64,000 nucleotides of DNA from Gemmatimonadaceae bacterium (GCA_051859245.1 JBHYGA010000006.1:160001-224000); one strand, 5' to 3'; shown: positions 19,659 to 30,568, counted from the first letter of the stretch. Numbers and translations are program-made. Notes: a model not told the origin generated them from the letters alone.

Positions 19659-19841
19659 ACCGTACGCGGAAGCGCGACTGAGTCGGTCGCGGCGCTCTAC
19701 TGTCGCACAGCCGCGCCTACCGGCAGTTCACCCTACAGCCTGTCAGGCAACCGCCGACTTTTTCGGCGCGCAGTACTCCTAGCTTCCGTGCTGAGTCCAC
19801 AATGGTTCCTGTACGCCGTTCAGCTGAGGCCAGTGCGCGCT

Positions 19842-20432
19842 ATGAGCGACCTTTTTGCCCTGCGAGTGCTCGTGGTTGACCACGACACCCGGTCGCGTGA
19901 CGAACTCGCCACCGAGCTGAACGCGCTCGGGTTTCTGGTGGTCGACGCGCCAACGGAGATGACGAGTTCGCCGCCCGAAGCCGATGTCGTGATCCTCGAT
20001 GTGACACGTACGGAAGAAGGCAGCGCACTGGATATGCTGCCGGCCATTCGCGAAGCGTTCCCGTCAATCGCGGTCGTGTTGTGCACCAGTCATGAGACGG
20101 AACAGCTGTGCGCAGATGACGCCGAGCGATCGCACGCGTCGGCTTTGCTGCTCAAGCCCATTCCGGTGACCGTACTTGATGCGACCGTTCGACTGGCCGC
20201 GATGCGAGCGCGAGAGCTCGCGAGCGCTCGCGAAGAAGCCGCACAGGCCAAGGCGCAACTGGAAGCGCGCAAGCTCATCGAACGGGCCAAGGGCATTCTG
20301 ATGCGCCGTACCGGCAGCTCCGAGCAGGAAGCGTATCGCATCATGCAGCGAACGAGTCAGGACAAATCCGTGCCCATGGTCAACATTGCCAAAGCGGTGC
20401 TCGACAGCGAACCGGGACTTCACGTCTCCTGA
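19842..20432 (+). CDS. ANTAR-domain response regulator (REC plus ANTAR)
   Basis: RVLVVD, VILD, KP receiver motifs; LEARKLIERAKGILM...SEQEAYRIMQRTS ANTAR. Confidence 0.9.
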   Translation: MSDLFALRVLVVDHDTRSRDELATELNALGFLVVDAPTEMTSSPPEADVVILDVTRTEEGSALDMLPAIREAFPSIAVVLCTSHETEQLCADDAERSHASALLLKPIPVTVLDATVRLAAMRARELASAREEAAQAKAQLEARKLIERAKGILMRRTGSSEQEAYRIMQRTSQDKSVPMVNIAKAVLDSEPGLHVS

Positions 20433-20453
20433 GTCTGCTGCCGCGGCAGGTGC

Positions 20454-21695
20454 TCAGGCCGCGGCAGGTTTCTTTCGCGGCACAAAGCTCGCAATATTTC
20501 GCGCCAACAGAAAAGTGAGCGCGACGATAAACGCCGAGATAAAGAACGGCGACGCTTGACCAATTTCGTCGTACGCGATGCCGAAGATGATCGGAAACGC
20601 TACCCGGGAAATCCCGCCGTACGTTTGCTGTACGCCCATGTACAAGCCGCGTTGCGCGCTATTGATCACGCGCGAGAGCAACGCCGTCACACACGGAAAC
20701 GTGAAGGCGGTGCCCAGTGGCAACAGGCCAACCGCCATGGCCAGCGTGACAATATTTGGCGCGAGCCCGAGGCCGATCAAACCGACCGTCAGTAGCGCGA
20801 GGCCAATGCGAGCCAATCGCGCCTCGCCGAACTTATCGACGAGCGGTCCAAGAAAGAGTGCGCGAGTGACCACGGATAACACGCCGATATACGTGAAGAA
20901 ATATCCAATCGTCAACTCGGTCACACCGAACTTCCAGCCCAGAAAGAGCGCCAGCACTGCCGTCGTGCCCTGAAATGCACCGATCGCAATCGCATAAATC
21001 AGAATCAGCCGTGATGCCGGTTCACTCGGATGCGAAATCACCTGCACCAAGGCGGCACGAGATGTACCGCGCGGTGCAACGGCCGCCTTTCTATCGGCCG
21101 TATTGATTGTGCGCGCCTCGGTGAGATATTTCCACACAAACGCCATGTTGACCACGCAGAGCATGGCGGCAACGAGACCAGGCCACTCGGCACCCAGCGG
21201 TCGGAGCCACGCGCCAAGTGCGGGGCCGATCGCCACACCAGCGTTCGTGGCGGCACTGAGCCAGCCAAGCGCACGGGCACGATCATCAGGTTTGGTGGCA
21301 TCGGCCACGTACGCCTGGATCACACCAACAGTGCCACCGCCCGCGCCCTGCACAATGCGCGACACGAACAGCAACCACAGTGAGTCCGCATACGCGAAGA
21401 CCACAAACGCGATAGCCGACGCAACCAGACTGACCATCAGCGCCGGACGTCGGCCGTACCGGTCAGAGAAGCGCCCCCAGAATGGAGCACTGATCAGCTG
21501 CGCAATCGAAAACGACGCGACCAACAAGCCAACAATCGCACCGCCAGCGCCGAGCTTTTCCGCGTAGAAGGGAAGCAGCGGCATGATCATCAACATGCCA
21601 AGCATGTCGATAAACGCCGACACCATCAGAATGACAAGCTTTCCGGTGGCGTTGGGTTGTGTTTCGTACTCACCGGTTGCTGCGTGTTCGCTCAC
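20454..21695 (-). CDS. MFS transporter, DHA1/TetA-like
   Basis: Motif A GRFSDRYGRRP, RIVQG, about 12 TM helices. Confidence 0.9.
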   Translation of the reverse strand: MSEHAATGEYETQPNATGKLVILMVSAFIDMLGMLMIMPLLPFYAEKLGAGGAIVGLLVASFSIAQLISAPFWGRFSDRYGRRPALMVSLVASAIAFVVFAYADSLWLLFVSRIVQGAGGGTVGVIQAYVADATKPDDRARALGWLSAATNAGVAIGPALGAWLRPLGAEWPGLVAAMLCVVNMAFVWKYLTEARTINTADRKAAVAPRGTSRAALVQVISHPSEPASRLILIYAIAIGAFQGTTAVLALFLGWKFGVTELTIGYFFTYIGVLSVVTRALFLGPLVDKFGEARLARIGLALLTVGLIGLGLAPNIVTLAMAVGLLPLGTAFTFPCVTALLSRVINSAQRGLYMGVQQTYGGISRVAFPIIFGIAYDEIGQASPFFISAFIVALTFLLARNIASFVPRKKPAAA

Positions 21696-22570
21696 TCCAC
21701 CTTCCCAAGCGCCGATGGCGCGACGGATTTTCCAACGACACCCGCCAAGGCCACAATCGTGAGCACATACGGGATCAGTTCAACAAACTGCGACGGCACG
21801 AGCTGCGCACCCTGCAGCTGAATCTGCAGTGTTTCGGCAGCCGCGAACAGCAGACACGCGGCGGCTACGCGCATGGGCATCCAGCGCCCGAAAATAATTG
21901 CGGCCAAGGCAATGAAGCCACGACCTGCGGTCATGCTATCGGTGAACTGATGCTGATCCAGCGCAAGGTAGGCGCCGCCAAGCGAAGCCAGCACGCCGCA
22001 CAACAGTAGTCCGCGCAATCGCAGCGCGCTCACGTTCACGCCCAGTGTCGCCGCCGCTTCAGGCTTTTCGCCAACGGCGCGGGCACGCAACCCGAACGGT
22101 GTGCGCCACAACAGCCACCACAGCGCCGGGAGCGCGATCAATCCGAGCCACACGAGCGGATTGGAAAAACTCGCCAGCACACCGAGCCCGCTGCCTTCGC
22201 CGCCAAACCCGTCAACGCGTGGTGAGTTGGAGGCGCTATCAAAGGCGAGCCGGAGAAAGAATCGTGTTGCACCAATCACCAGCAAGTTGATGGCAATGCC
22301 AACCACCACCTGGTTGGCGCGAAAGCGCAGCGTGCACAACGCGAGCAGCAGGGCCACCAGTATGCCGGCCGACACGGCGCAGAGCAGTCCGATCCATGCA
22401 TTGCCACCGTAGTACGAGCCAAGCACCGCGCCAAACGCCCCGGCGAGCATCATGCCTTCCAGTCCGAGTGCAATCACACCAACGCGCTCGGACATGACGC
22501 CACCCGCTGCGGCGAGCAGATAGGGAATGGCGATGCGTATCGTCTGCAGCAAGAATGCAAGCAGGATCAT
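21692..22570 (-). CDS. ABC transporter permease (nucleoside/BMP family)
   Basis: SERVGVIALGLEGMML, GRGFIALAAIIFGRW, IPYVLT. Confidence 0.9.
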   Translation of the reverse strand: MILLAFLLQTIRIAIPYLLAAAGGVMSERVGVIALGLEGMMLAGAFGAVLGSYYGGNAWIGLLCAVSAGILVALLLALCTLRFRANQVVVGIAINLLVIGATRFFLRLAFDSASNSPRVDGFGGEGSGLGVLASFSNPLVWLGLIALPALWWLLWRTPFGLRARAVGEKPEAAATLGVNVSALRLRGLLLCGVLASLGGAYLALDQHQFTDSMTAGRGFIALAAIIFGRWMPMRVAAACLLFAAAETLQIQLQGAQLVPSQFVELIPYVLTIVALAGVVGKSVAPSALGKVE

Positions 22571-23658
22571 GGCGTAACCTCGGCGGCATCACGGCGTACC
22601 AACGCCGCGGCCGTTTTGCGCAGCAATCGCTGCACCTCCGGAACCGTTGTTGCCACCGCCAGGATCACCACGGCCTGCAGAATGTCGACCAACTGTTTGG
22701 GCACGAGTGCATTCACGGCCAGGCCGCCCTGCGACAGTGTGGCGAACAACAACGCCGACACGAGAATTCCAAGCGGATGGTTGCGTCCCACCAGCGCCAC
22801 AGCGATTCCAAGAAAGCCGGAGCCGGCCGCAAAGCCTTCTTCGTAATAGTGCTTGTAGCCAAGCACAAAATTGATGCCACCGAGTCCTGCAAATGCACCC
22901 GACCACACCATGGCGCGGAACCACACGCGCGACACGGGAATGCCGCCGTACTCTGCCGCATCGGGTTGCAAGCCAACGGCGCGCAGTTCGTAACCGGAGC
23001 GCGTGCGAAAGAGCTTCCACCATGCGAACACAGCAACCAGCACGGCAACAACGATGGTCAGATTCGCCGCGGAACCCGCGAATACGGGAAAGAGACGACC
23101 CAGCCGCGCCACAAATCCGGCCTGCATTTCGGCGGTGTGCAGCGTTTCCGGAACGGCCATGTGCGATGCCACCACGTAGTTGAGCAGTGCCAGCAGCACA
23201 AAGTTCAGCATGATGGTGACAATGACTTCGCTGGCGCCAAAGCGCGCGCGCAACACGCCAGGAATCGCGCCCGCTGCACCACCGGCGAGCATCGCAGCCG
23301 CAATACACAACGGCACTGCAATGAGCCCTGGAATCGCTCCCGGAAGCAGCAGGCCGACCAACGCGGCCGCGAATCCACCAGCCGCGAGCTGTCCTTCGGC
23401 TCCAACGTTGAACAGGCCGGCGCGGGCCGCGTATGCAAACGCGAGTCCGGTGCAGGTGAGCGTCATCGTTTTGTAGATCACCTGCCCGAAGCCGTACCAG
23501 TTGCCCCAGGTGCCCTCAAGCAGCAAATGGTAGACTGTTGCTGGCGACTCGCCGTACGTGAGAATCAGCAGATCACCAACCACCATGGCGAGTGCCACCG
23601 CAAGTACCGGGGCAAGCATCGCCTGCGCGGCGCGCATGAGCAGTCCGTCACCGTTCAT
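22567..23658 (-). CDS. ABC transporter permease (nucleoside/BMP family)
   Basis: GLFNVGAEGQ, EVIVTIMLN, GFLGIAVALVGRNHP; ATGA overlaps with neighbours. Confidence 0.9.
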   Translation of the reverse strand: MNGDGLLMRAAQAMLAPVLAVALAMVVGDLLILTYGESPATVYHLLLEGTWGNWYGFGQVIYKTMTLTCTGLAFAYAARAGLFNVGAEGQLAAGGFAAALVGLLLPGAIPGLIAVPLCIAAAMLAGGAAGAIPGVLRARFGASEVIVTIMLNFVLLALLNYVVASHMAVPETLHTAEMQAGFVARLGRLFPVFAGSAANLTIVVAVLVAVFAWWKLFRTRSGYELRAVGLQPDAAEYGGIPVSRVWFRAMVWSGAFAGLGGINFVLGYKHYYEEGFAAGSGFLGIAVALVGRNHPLGILVSALLFATLSQGGLAVNALVPKQLVDILQAVVILAVATTVPEVQRLLRKTAAALVRRDAAEVTP

Positions 23659-25265
23659 GCCAACACCTCGCGGTCGGCGCCGGTCATGAACGGACCAAGC
23701 ACTTCCGTCGTGCAGTCCGTGGCCGGCAACAAACATGCAAAGCGTCCTTCATACATCACGGCAATGCGATCAGCGAGCGCGAGCACTTCGGACAAGTCTG
23801 CCGACACGAGCAACACACCTTTGCCGCTGTCGCGCGCCGCGCGCAACTGCGAGTGAATGAACTCGATGGCGCCAACATCGACACCACGTGTGGGCTGCGC
23901 TGCCAGCAAAATGCTGAACGAACGTCCCATCTCGCGTGCAATGACGATCTTCTGCTGATTTCCACCAGACAATGCACGCGCGGGAAGCGATGCGTCGGCG
24001 GGGCGGATATCGAACGCGCGAATCTGCGACGCGGCATGCTGCGCAATCTTTGCCGTGTCCAAGCCACCGAGCCGTGACGTGAAATGGTGCTGTCGTCCGA
24101 GCAGCAGATTGTCCGACACCGAGTAGTCGAGCACCAATCCACGCCGGTGACGGTCTTCCGGAATGTGCGACAATCCGGCGTCAGTGCGCGCGCGTACATC
24201 AAGGGACGTAATGTCCTGCCCATTGATCAACACGTGCCCCGCGTGCGCCTGCCGGAGGCCAGCCAGTACTTCAAGCAGTTCCGTCTGTCCGTTCCCTTCG
24301 ACACCGGCGATGCCAAGAATCTCACCGGGCTGCACGCTGAAGCTCAGCTGCTCAATCACAGGTGTTCCACGGTCACCGCGCACGGTCAGTCCGCGCACCT
24401 CGAGTGCCGCGCGTGCCTTGCCCGCCTCCCTCGAGGAGCCGCGCGATGACAACGTTGCTGCGACACCAGCGCTCTTGCTTTGAGTCGTTCCATCACGTGT
24501 CGCAAAATCGAGCGCCAGTGTGACCTCTCGACCCACCATCGCACGCGCAATGTCACGCGGTGTAGTATCTGCGGTGGCCAAACGCGCCACGCTTCGACCG
24601 TCACGCATGACGGTAATCGTGTCCGAGATCGCCACGACTTCGTCGAGCTTGTGCGTGATGATGATGATCGTATCACCCTTGGCACGCAGTCCGCGCAATA
24701 CGGTCCACAGCTCCTCAACTTCCGGCGGTGACAACACCGCAGTGGGCTCATCGAGCACGAGAATGCGCGCGCCGCGATAGAGCACCTTGAGGATTTCAAC
24801 ACGTTGCGCTTCGCCCACACTGAGTTCGGCCACCGAACGTGTGGGATCCACGCGCAGTCCAGTCCGCGTCGCGAGTGCACGCACATCTTCAACCGCGCGC
24901 GCTTCGTCCAGCTGCAGACCCCGACGGGGTTCGCGCCCCAGCACCAGATTCTCGGCGACGGTCAGTGTGGGCACAAGCATGAAGTGCTGATGCACCATGC
25001 CAACGCCCGCTGCGATCGCTTCGTTGGTGTCCCAGCCCGTGACATCGCGGCCTAGGACTTCCACGCGTCCACCACTGGGCGTGTGTAAGCCGCTGAGAAT
25101 GTGCATCAACGTGCTCTTTCCTGCACCATTCTCACCAACAAGCGCGTGAATCTCTCCGCTTGCGACTTCCAGTGTGACGTCGCGATTGGCCTGCACGGTC
25201 CCAAAATGTTTTGAGACCTGACTCATGCGCACGGCCCACGTTGCGTTCGACGAGGGGACGTTCAT
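23655..25265 (-). CDS. ABC transporter ATP-binding protein (two ATPase domains)
   Basis: GENGAGKST, VHQHF, LDEPT, LSGGNQQK, QPTRGVD. Confidence 0.95.
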   Translation of the reverse strand: MNVPSSNATWAVRMSQVSKHFGTVQANRDVTLEVASGEIHALVGENGAGKSTLMHILSGLHTPSGGRVEVLGRDVTGWDTNEAIAAGVGMVHQHFMLVPTLTVAENLVLGREPRRGLQLDEARAVEDVRALATRTGLRVDPTRSVAELSVGEAQRVEILKVLYRGARILVLDEPTAVLSPPEVEELWTVLRGLRAKGDTIIIITHKLDEVVAISDTITVMRDGRSVARLATADTTPRDIARAMVGREVTLALDFATRDGTTQSKSAGVAATLSSRGSSREAGKARAALEVRGLTVRGDRGTPVIEQLSFSVQPGEILGIAGVEGNGQTELLEVLAGLRQAHAGHVLINGQDITSLDVRARTDAGLSHIPEDRHRRGLVLDYSVSDNLLLGRQHHFTSRLGGLDTAKIAQHAASQIRAFDIRPADASLPARALSGGNQQKIVIAREMGRSFSILLAAQPTRGVDVGAIEFIHSQLRAARDSGKGVLLVSADLSEVLALADRIAVMYEGRFACLLPATDCTTEVLGPFMTGADREVLA

Positions 25266-26299
25266 CGGGTGTTTGGCACCTTGATGCGACCGGCGATGAT
25301 GTCGGCCTCCAGCGCCATCAGTCGCGTGCGCACGGAATCGGGAATCAGCGCGCGGTTGTTGTCATCGTACACATAACCAACGCCGCGCTCCGCCAATCCA
25401 AACACGCGCACGCCGCCAGCGAATGTGCCGTCTTGCACCGCCTTGGCCGCGTCGTACACGGCGGCGTCAATGCCTTTCACCATTGACGTGAGCACATGGC
25501 CTGGTGCTTCGCTGTACTGATCTGCATCGACACCAATCGCCAGTCGGCCCGTGGTACGTGCCGCTTCAAACACGCCGAGACCGGTGGAGCCAGACGCGTG
25601 AAAGATCACGTTCACGCCCTGCTGGTACTGCGACAGCGCAAGCTCCTTGCCTTTGCCAGGATTCTTGAACGCTTCCGGTGTGACGCCCGCGTACTGCGCG
25701 ATCACTTCGCAGTCGGGACACACGTGCAACACACCCGCGCGATATCCGGCTTCGAACTTGTGAATGAGCGCGATATCCATGCCGCCGACAAAGCCCACTT
25801 TTTTCGAGCCGCCAGCGAGCGCCGCGAGCGCGCCTACGAGAAACGAACCTTCTTCTTCGCGGAACTTGAGCGCGACAAGATTGGGCGGCAGTGGCAGCGG
25901 ATTGCCGAGCGAATCGGTCGACACCGCGAAGTCGACGTCGGCAAATTTTACGTTGGGATATTCACGGGCCAGCGTGAGCACGTCATCGGTGAAGATGAAT
26001 CCCACGGCCACCACGAGGTCCATGCCTTCGGCGGCGAGCAGGCGCAGGCCGGCTTCGCGATCGGAGCCTTCGCCTGGTTCGATGTAGCGAACGCGCGCTT
26101 GCAGTGAGTCCGCGGCGAGCAGTCCGCCAAGAAAGGCGCCGTCATTGAATGACTTGTCTCCGCGTCCGCCAACATCGAACACAATGCCGATGTCGAGACC
26201 CTCACCCTCGGGCGCAATCGTGGCGCCGGACGGGGAGATGGTCAGCAGCAGGAGATGGGCGGCGACGAGGGCGCCAAGGAGATAGAGGGTCCGACGCAT
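25262..26299 (-). CDS. BMP-family ABC substrate-binding protein (purine nucleoside type)
   Basis: GGRGDKSFN, FREEEGSFLVG, VGFVGG, AIGVDADQ, LTSMVK. Confidence 0.92.
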   Translation of the reverse strand: MRRTLYLLGALVAAHLLLLTISPSGATIAPEGEGLDIGIVFDVGGRGDKSFNDGAFLGGLLAADSLQARVRYIEPGEGSDREAGLRLLAAEGMDLVVAVGFIFTDDVLTLAREYPNVKFADVDFAVSTDSLGNPLPLPPNLVALKFREEEGSFLVGALAALAGGSKKVGFVGGMDIALIHKFEAGYRAGVLHVCPDCEVIAQYAGVTPEAFKNPGKGKELALSQYQQGVNVIFHASGSTGLGVFEAARTTGRLAIGVDADQYSEAPGHVLTSMVKGIDAAVYDAAKAVQDGTFAGGVRVFGLAERGVGYVYDDNNRALIPDSVRTRLMALEADIIAGRIKVPNTR

Positions 26300-26365
26300 G
26301 AGTCGGAAGGATCGCCCTCGGCGCCGTCATGGACAAGGCGACGCCGAGAACGAAATTCCGTCAGG

Positions 26366-27907
26366 TCAGGTCAGCGGCTTGTAGCGGTACGCGACAATTC
26401 CAGCGCCCTTCGCTTCGAGACGTACCTGCTTGCGCTCACCCTTGGTGATCGGCTCCACTTCCTGCGATGCGGACGAGACCACGTTGCCAGAGGCATCGAG
26501 GAACTCCACCGAGAACGTGTTGGCCTTCGGCTTGTCAGCGGCGCCTTCGAGCGACACGGAGAACGTCACCGACTCGGCTTTGCGCTCGAACTCATCCACG
26601 GTGACCTTGACGGGCAGACTGTCGGCCTTGGCAGCGTAGGCGATCAGCGAGTCCGTCCACTTTTTCTTGTCCGGCGCGGCCGTAGCCGCCTGCATGCGTC
26701 CCTGCGCCGCGAACGCGTAGAGCGACCACGCGTCATAGTTGTTCGGATCGATTGCCACGAGCGCGTCGAGCGGCTTGGCCATCTTGTCGTACTGCTTTGC
26801 GGCGTAGTACGACGCCGCCAGGTTGCGCAGCGCGTCACGCTGATTGGCGTTCTTGGCCACGGCGGCCTCGAACAGCGAAATCGCGTCGCTGGTCTTGTCA
26901 GCCTGCGTGGCGAGCACACCGGCCATCGTGAGCGCGTAGTCAGAGTAGGACGCTGGCGTGGCGAGCAGCGGGGCGTACACACTGGGCACGCTCGCGGTGT
27001 CGCCGAGCGCCAGATACGCTTCACCAAGACCCTGCATGATGGTGGGCGCATCGGACGAGGTCGGGTAGTCGGTCATGAAGGTCTTCATGGCGGCAACCGC
27101 CCTCGTCAGTCGCGCCTTCTGTTCATCGCCCGAGAGCTCACGCGCCTGGGCGAGTGTGTACAGACCCACGTAGAACAGGCTGCTCTGCCGAATGTCGGCG
27201 TAGCTCGAATCGGTACCCGACGCTTCAACCGCCTTCTCCCACTGGCTCACCGCGCTCACAAGATCGCCCTTCTTCTGCGCGGCAATGCCGAGCACCTGGA
27301 ACGGATACGGATTGTTGTCGGGGAGCAGCGTGAGGGAATGCTGTGCGTAGATCGCGGCCGAATCCGGATCACCGCTCGCCATATCGAGCGCCTTTCGCGT
27401 CATCGCCAGCCAGCCCTCGCTCTGACGCATCGTGCGCACATCCGCGGCGCAGGCGGGCGACGCGGCGACAATGGCCTTGAGCGATTCATCGACGGTCTTT
27501 ACGAGATCAATCGGCGCGTCGGGCGTATCGGTGGCGCCAATCGCACCGCGCGTGGTGACGACCGGCGTGGTCGGATCCGCGATCCACAGCGACAGTGTTT
27601 GCGCGAGGACCATGTTGTAGCCCGTCACGTTCTTCTCCCGGAACTTTTCGGGCTTGTTCGTGAGCTCTTTCATGGTCTGCTTGAGTGCCGCCTGGCGGGC
27701 GGCTGGATCGGCGGCACCGGCGGCACGCTGGAACGCGAGGTTCGCAACCAGCAGTTCTTTCGGTGAGTTCGCGTCCATCTCACAGCTTGGTCCAACACCA
27801 CCAGGCTGCGCCTGAGCGATGACGGACAGGGACAGCGTCGCGACAGTTGCCGCGGACACAGGGAGCAGTCGCGCCGTAGCACGACCAAATTGACGAAGAG
27901 CACGCAT
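26366..27907 (-). CDS. Secreted tetratricopeptide-repeat protein with C-terminal FxLYD-like beta domain
   Basis: Signal peptide; repeated TPR-like helices (ALRNLAASYY, LVAIDPNN); VEFLDASGNVV. Confidence 0.7.
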   Translation of the reverse strand: MRALRQFGRATARLLPVSAATVATLSLSVIAQAQPGGVGPSCEMDANSPKELLVANLAFQRAAGAADPAARQAALKQTMKELTNKPEKFREKNVTGYNMVLAQTLSLWIADPTTPVVTTRGAIGATDTPDAPIDLVKTVDESLKAIVAASPACAADVRTMRQSEGWLAMTRKALDMASGDPDSAAIYAQHSLTLLPDNNPYPFQVLGIAAQKKGDLVSAVSQWEKAVEASGTDSSYADIRQSSLFYVGLYTLAQARELSGDEQKARLTRAVAAMKTFMTDYPTSSDAPTIMQGLGEAYLALGDTASVPSVYAPLLATPASYSDYALTMAGVLATQADKTSDAISLFEAAVAKNANQRDALRNLAASYYAAKQYDKMAKPLDALVAIDPNNYDAWSLYAFAAQGRMQAATAAPDKKKWTDSLIAYAAKADSLPVKVTVDEFERKAESVTFSVSLEGAADKPKANTFSVEFLDASGNVVSSASQEVEPITKGERKQVRLEAKGAGIVAYRYKPLT

Positions 27908-27976
27908 GTCGGAACGATCTCCTGCCGGAAAGGACGGCTGGCACCCACGCGGTGCCGCGATATTGTTGAAATCTAT

Positions 27977-29488
27977 ATGACCGAACGAATTCGCACCCGG
28001 TATCTCGTCGTCGGCAGTGGAGTGGCTGGATTGCACACCGCCTGGCGTGCTTCTGACCATGGTCCGGTCATGCTCCTGACCAAGCGCTCACTGTTCGATT
28101 CCGCCACTGCATACGCACAGGGCGGCATCGCCGCTGCGCTGGGTGCTGGCGACTCGCCCGCTTTGCATCGCCGCGATACGCTCGCGGCTGGCGCCGCGCT
28201 CTGTGATGCCGCGGCCGTCCAGGTTCTGGTAGAAGAAGGTCCGGCCCGTGTGCTCGAACTGCAGACGGCCGGCGCTCGATTTGATCTGGCGCCCGATGGG
28301 TCGCTCAAACTCGGCCGTGAGGCCGCGCACTCGGTCCATCGCATCGTACACGCCCAAGGCGATCAGACGGGCGCCGAAGTGGCCAGAACGCTGCTGGCGC
28401 GGGTTGCGGAGAGCCCAGGGGTGGACGTTCGGGAATGGGCCCGTGTGCTCGACCTGATCGTGCACGACGGACAGTGTGTGGGTGTACGCGCCAGTCTGGC
28501 CGGACAGGCGGTGGAAATCATCGCAGACGCGACTGTCTTTGCTACCGGTGGCTGCGGACAGGTGTTCCGCCACACCACCAACCCGCAGGTGGCCACGGGC
28601 GACGGGTATGCGATCGCCCACCGCGCCGGTGCGCGTCTGGCCGACATGGAGTTTGTCCAGTTCCACCCCACCGCGCTGGCGACCAGCGAAAATCCGCTGG
28701 CGCTCATTTCGGAGGCGGTGCGCGGCGAGGGGGCGATTCTGGTGAACAGTCTGGGCGAGCCGTTCATGGCCAAACGGCACAAGCAGGCCGATCTGGCGCC
28801 GCGCGACGTGGTGGCACGTGAGATTTTCCGGGAGCAGCAACGTTCGGGTCCGGTCTATCTCGATGCGCGCAAGCTGGGCCGCGGGTTTGCCAAGCGCTTT
28901 CCCGGAATCCAGGCCATTTGTCTGGCGCGGGGTATCACCCCGTCGCGTCAGCTGATTCCCGTCACACCAGCTGCGCACTACATGATGGGCGGTATCGTGA
29001 CCGATCTGCGTGGACGTTCCAGTTTGCCGCGACTCTACGCGGTGGGTGAGTCGGCGCGCACCGGTGTGCACGGCGCCAATCGGCTGGCCTCGAACTCGCT
29101 GCTCGAGGGGCTGGTGTTCGCCGAACGGGTGGCCCGCGATCTGGCGACCACGCCCAAGCGGTTCCCGACCCCGCGGGCACAAAAGTGGGCCGTTCCGTTG
29201 CTCGACGATCGCGGCGCGGCGCAGGTGGCGGCCGATGAAATTCGTGCACTGATGTGGAACTACGCGGGTATTGATCGGACAGCGCGCGGTCTGCGCGCCT
29301 GCTTAAAAGGGCTGGCGGCAATTGAGCCACGACTGTCCGAGGGGGCCACGGAGGAACGCAACCTGCTCACCACCGCGCAGCTCATCGCGGAAGCCGCGCT
29401 GCTCCGCAAGGAGTCGCGCGGAGGGCACTATCGGAGCGACTTTCCAACGCGACAGCGGGCCTGGAAAGGTCGACAGATTACCTGGTAG
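27977..29488 (+). CDS. nadB: L-aspartate oxidase
   Basis: VVGSGVAG, AQGGIAA, EAAHS..RIVH, MEFVQFHPT, LISEAVRGEG, LAPRDVV, HYMMGG, GVHGANRLASNSLLE; first gene of the nad operon. Confidence 0.95.
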   Translation: MTERIRTRYLVVGSGVAGLHTAWRASDHGPVMLLTKRSLFDSATAYAQGGIAAALGAGDSPALHRRDTLAAGAALCDAAAVQVLVEEGPARVLELQTAGARFDLAPDGSLKLGREAAHSVHRIVHAQGDQTGAEVARTLLARVAESPGVDVREWARVLDLIVHDGQCVGVRASLAGQAVEIIADATVFATGGCGQVFRHTTNPQVATGDGYAIAHRAGARLADMEFVQFHPTALATSENPLALISEAVRGEGAILVNSLGEPFMAKRHKQADLAPRDVVAREIFREQQRSGPVYLDARKLGRGFAKRFPGIQAICLARGITPSRQLIPVTPAAHYMMGGIVTDLRGRSSLPRLYAVGESARTGVHGANRLASNSLLEGLVFAERVARDLATTPKRFPTPRAQKWAVPLLDDRGAAQVAADEIRALMWNYAGIDRTARGLRACLKGLAAIEPRLSEGATEERNLLTTAQLIAEAALLRKESRGGHYRSDFPTRQRAWKGRQITW

Positions 29489-29557
29489 GACGTACGGCCA
29501 TTCACGGCGCGCACGGCGCGCCTCTGGAATATTCCCACTTCTTGTGATGATTCCTGC

Positions 29558-30568
29558 ATGACGATTCTTGAAGCGCACTACGATCCAGCGTTGCACGATG
29601 CAATTCGCGCACTCGCGGCCGAACGCAACGCCGTGATTCTGGCGCACAATTACGAGCGGCCGGAAATCCAGGACGTTGCGGATTATGTGGGTGACTCGCT
29701 CGGTCTGTCGCGCGAAGCGGCGAAAACCAGCGCTGAGGTGATCGTATTTTGCGGTGTGCATTTCATGGCCGAAACGGCGGCAATTTTGTCGCCGCAGAAG
29801 ACCGTGCTGTTGCCGGATCTGGCCGCCGGCTGTTCGCTCGCCAGCACGATCAACGCCGACGAATTACGCGCGTGGAAGGCCGAGCATCCGGGTGCGGTGG
29901 TGGTGTCGTACGTGAATACCACCGCCGAAGTGAAAGCCGAAAGTGATTACTGCTGCACCAGCGGCAACGCGGTCGACGTGATCAACGCGATCCCCGCCGA
30001 AAAAGAGATCCTCTTTCTTCCTGACATGTTCCTCGGCGCGCACGTGCAACGCGTGACGGGCCGCGAGAACATTCACGTGTGGATGGGCGAGTGTCACGTG
30101 CACGCGGGCATTGATCCGGAGCACATCAATCTCACCCGCTCACAGCACCCAGGCGCCGAGTTTCTGATTCATCCGGAATGCGGCTGCGCGACGTCGGTGG
30201 TTGACGCGATCTCGGCCGGTGCCATTTCCAAAGACGGTGCGCACATTCTCTCCACCGAGGGCATGATCCGTCGCCCGTCGCAAACGGAGAACGATACGTT
30301 CATCGTGGCCACGGAAATCGGTATCCTGCATCGTCTGCGCCGTGAGAATCCTACCAAACACTTTATCGCCGCCAACGAACGCGCGCAGTGTGCGTACATG
30401 AAGGTCACCACGTTGCCCAAAGTGCTGGGTGCGCTGCAGCGACTCGAGCATCGCATCACGGTGCCCAAAGCGATTGCTGATCGCGCGCGTTTGGCAATTG
30501 AGCGCATGGTGGCGATTGGCGGCACGCCCGCACCCAGTCCGTTTGGTCCCGACGACCCGGGGGAATAG
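29558..30568 (+). CDS. nadA: Quinolinate synthase
   Basis: ILAHNY, VGDSLGL, FCGVHFMAET, AGCSLA, YVNT, CHVH, HPEC, CAYMK. Confidence 0.96.
   Translation: MTILEAHYDPALHDAIRALAAERNAVILAHNYERPEIQDVADYVGDSLGLSREAAKTSAEVIVFCGVHFMAETAAILSPQKTVLLPDLAAGCSLASTINADELRAWKAEHPGAVVVSYVNTTAEVKAESDYCCTSGNAVDVINAIPAEKEILFLPDMFLGAHVQRVTGRENIHVWMGECHVHAGIDPEHINLTRSQHPGAEFLIHPECGCATSVVDAISAGAISKDGAHILSTEGMIRRPSQTENDTFIVATEIGILHRLRRENPTKHFIAANERAQCAYMKVTTLPKVLGALQRLEHRITVPKAIADRARLAIERMVAIGGTPAPSPFGPDDPGE

Noticed and set aside
20454..21695. Calling this tetA tetracycline resistance
   Set aside because: Generic DHA1 motifs only, no adjacent tetR, located at the end of an ABC operon
22555..23856. 433-aa plus-strand ORF
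   Set aside because: Antisense to the ABC permease
26255..27766. 503-aa plus-strand ORF
   Set aside because: Antisense shadow of the TPR gene, typical of GC-rich DNA; no motifs
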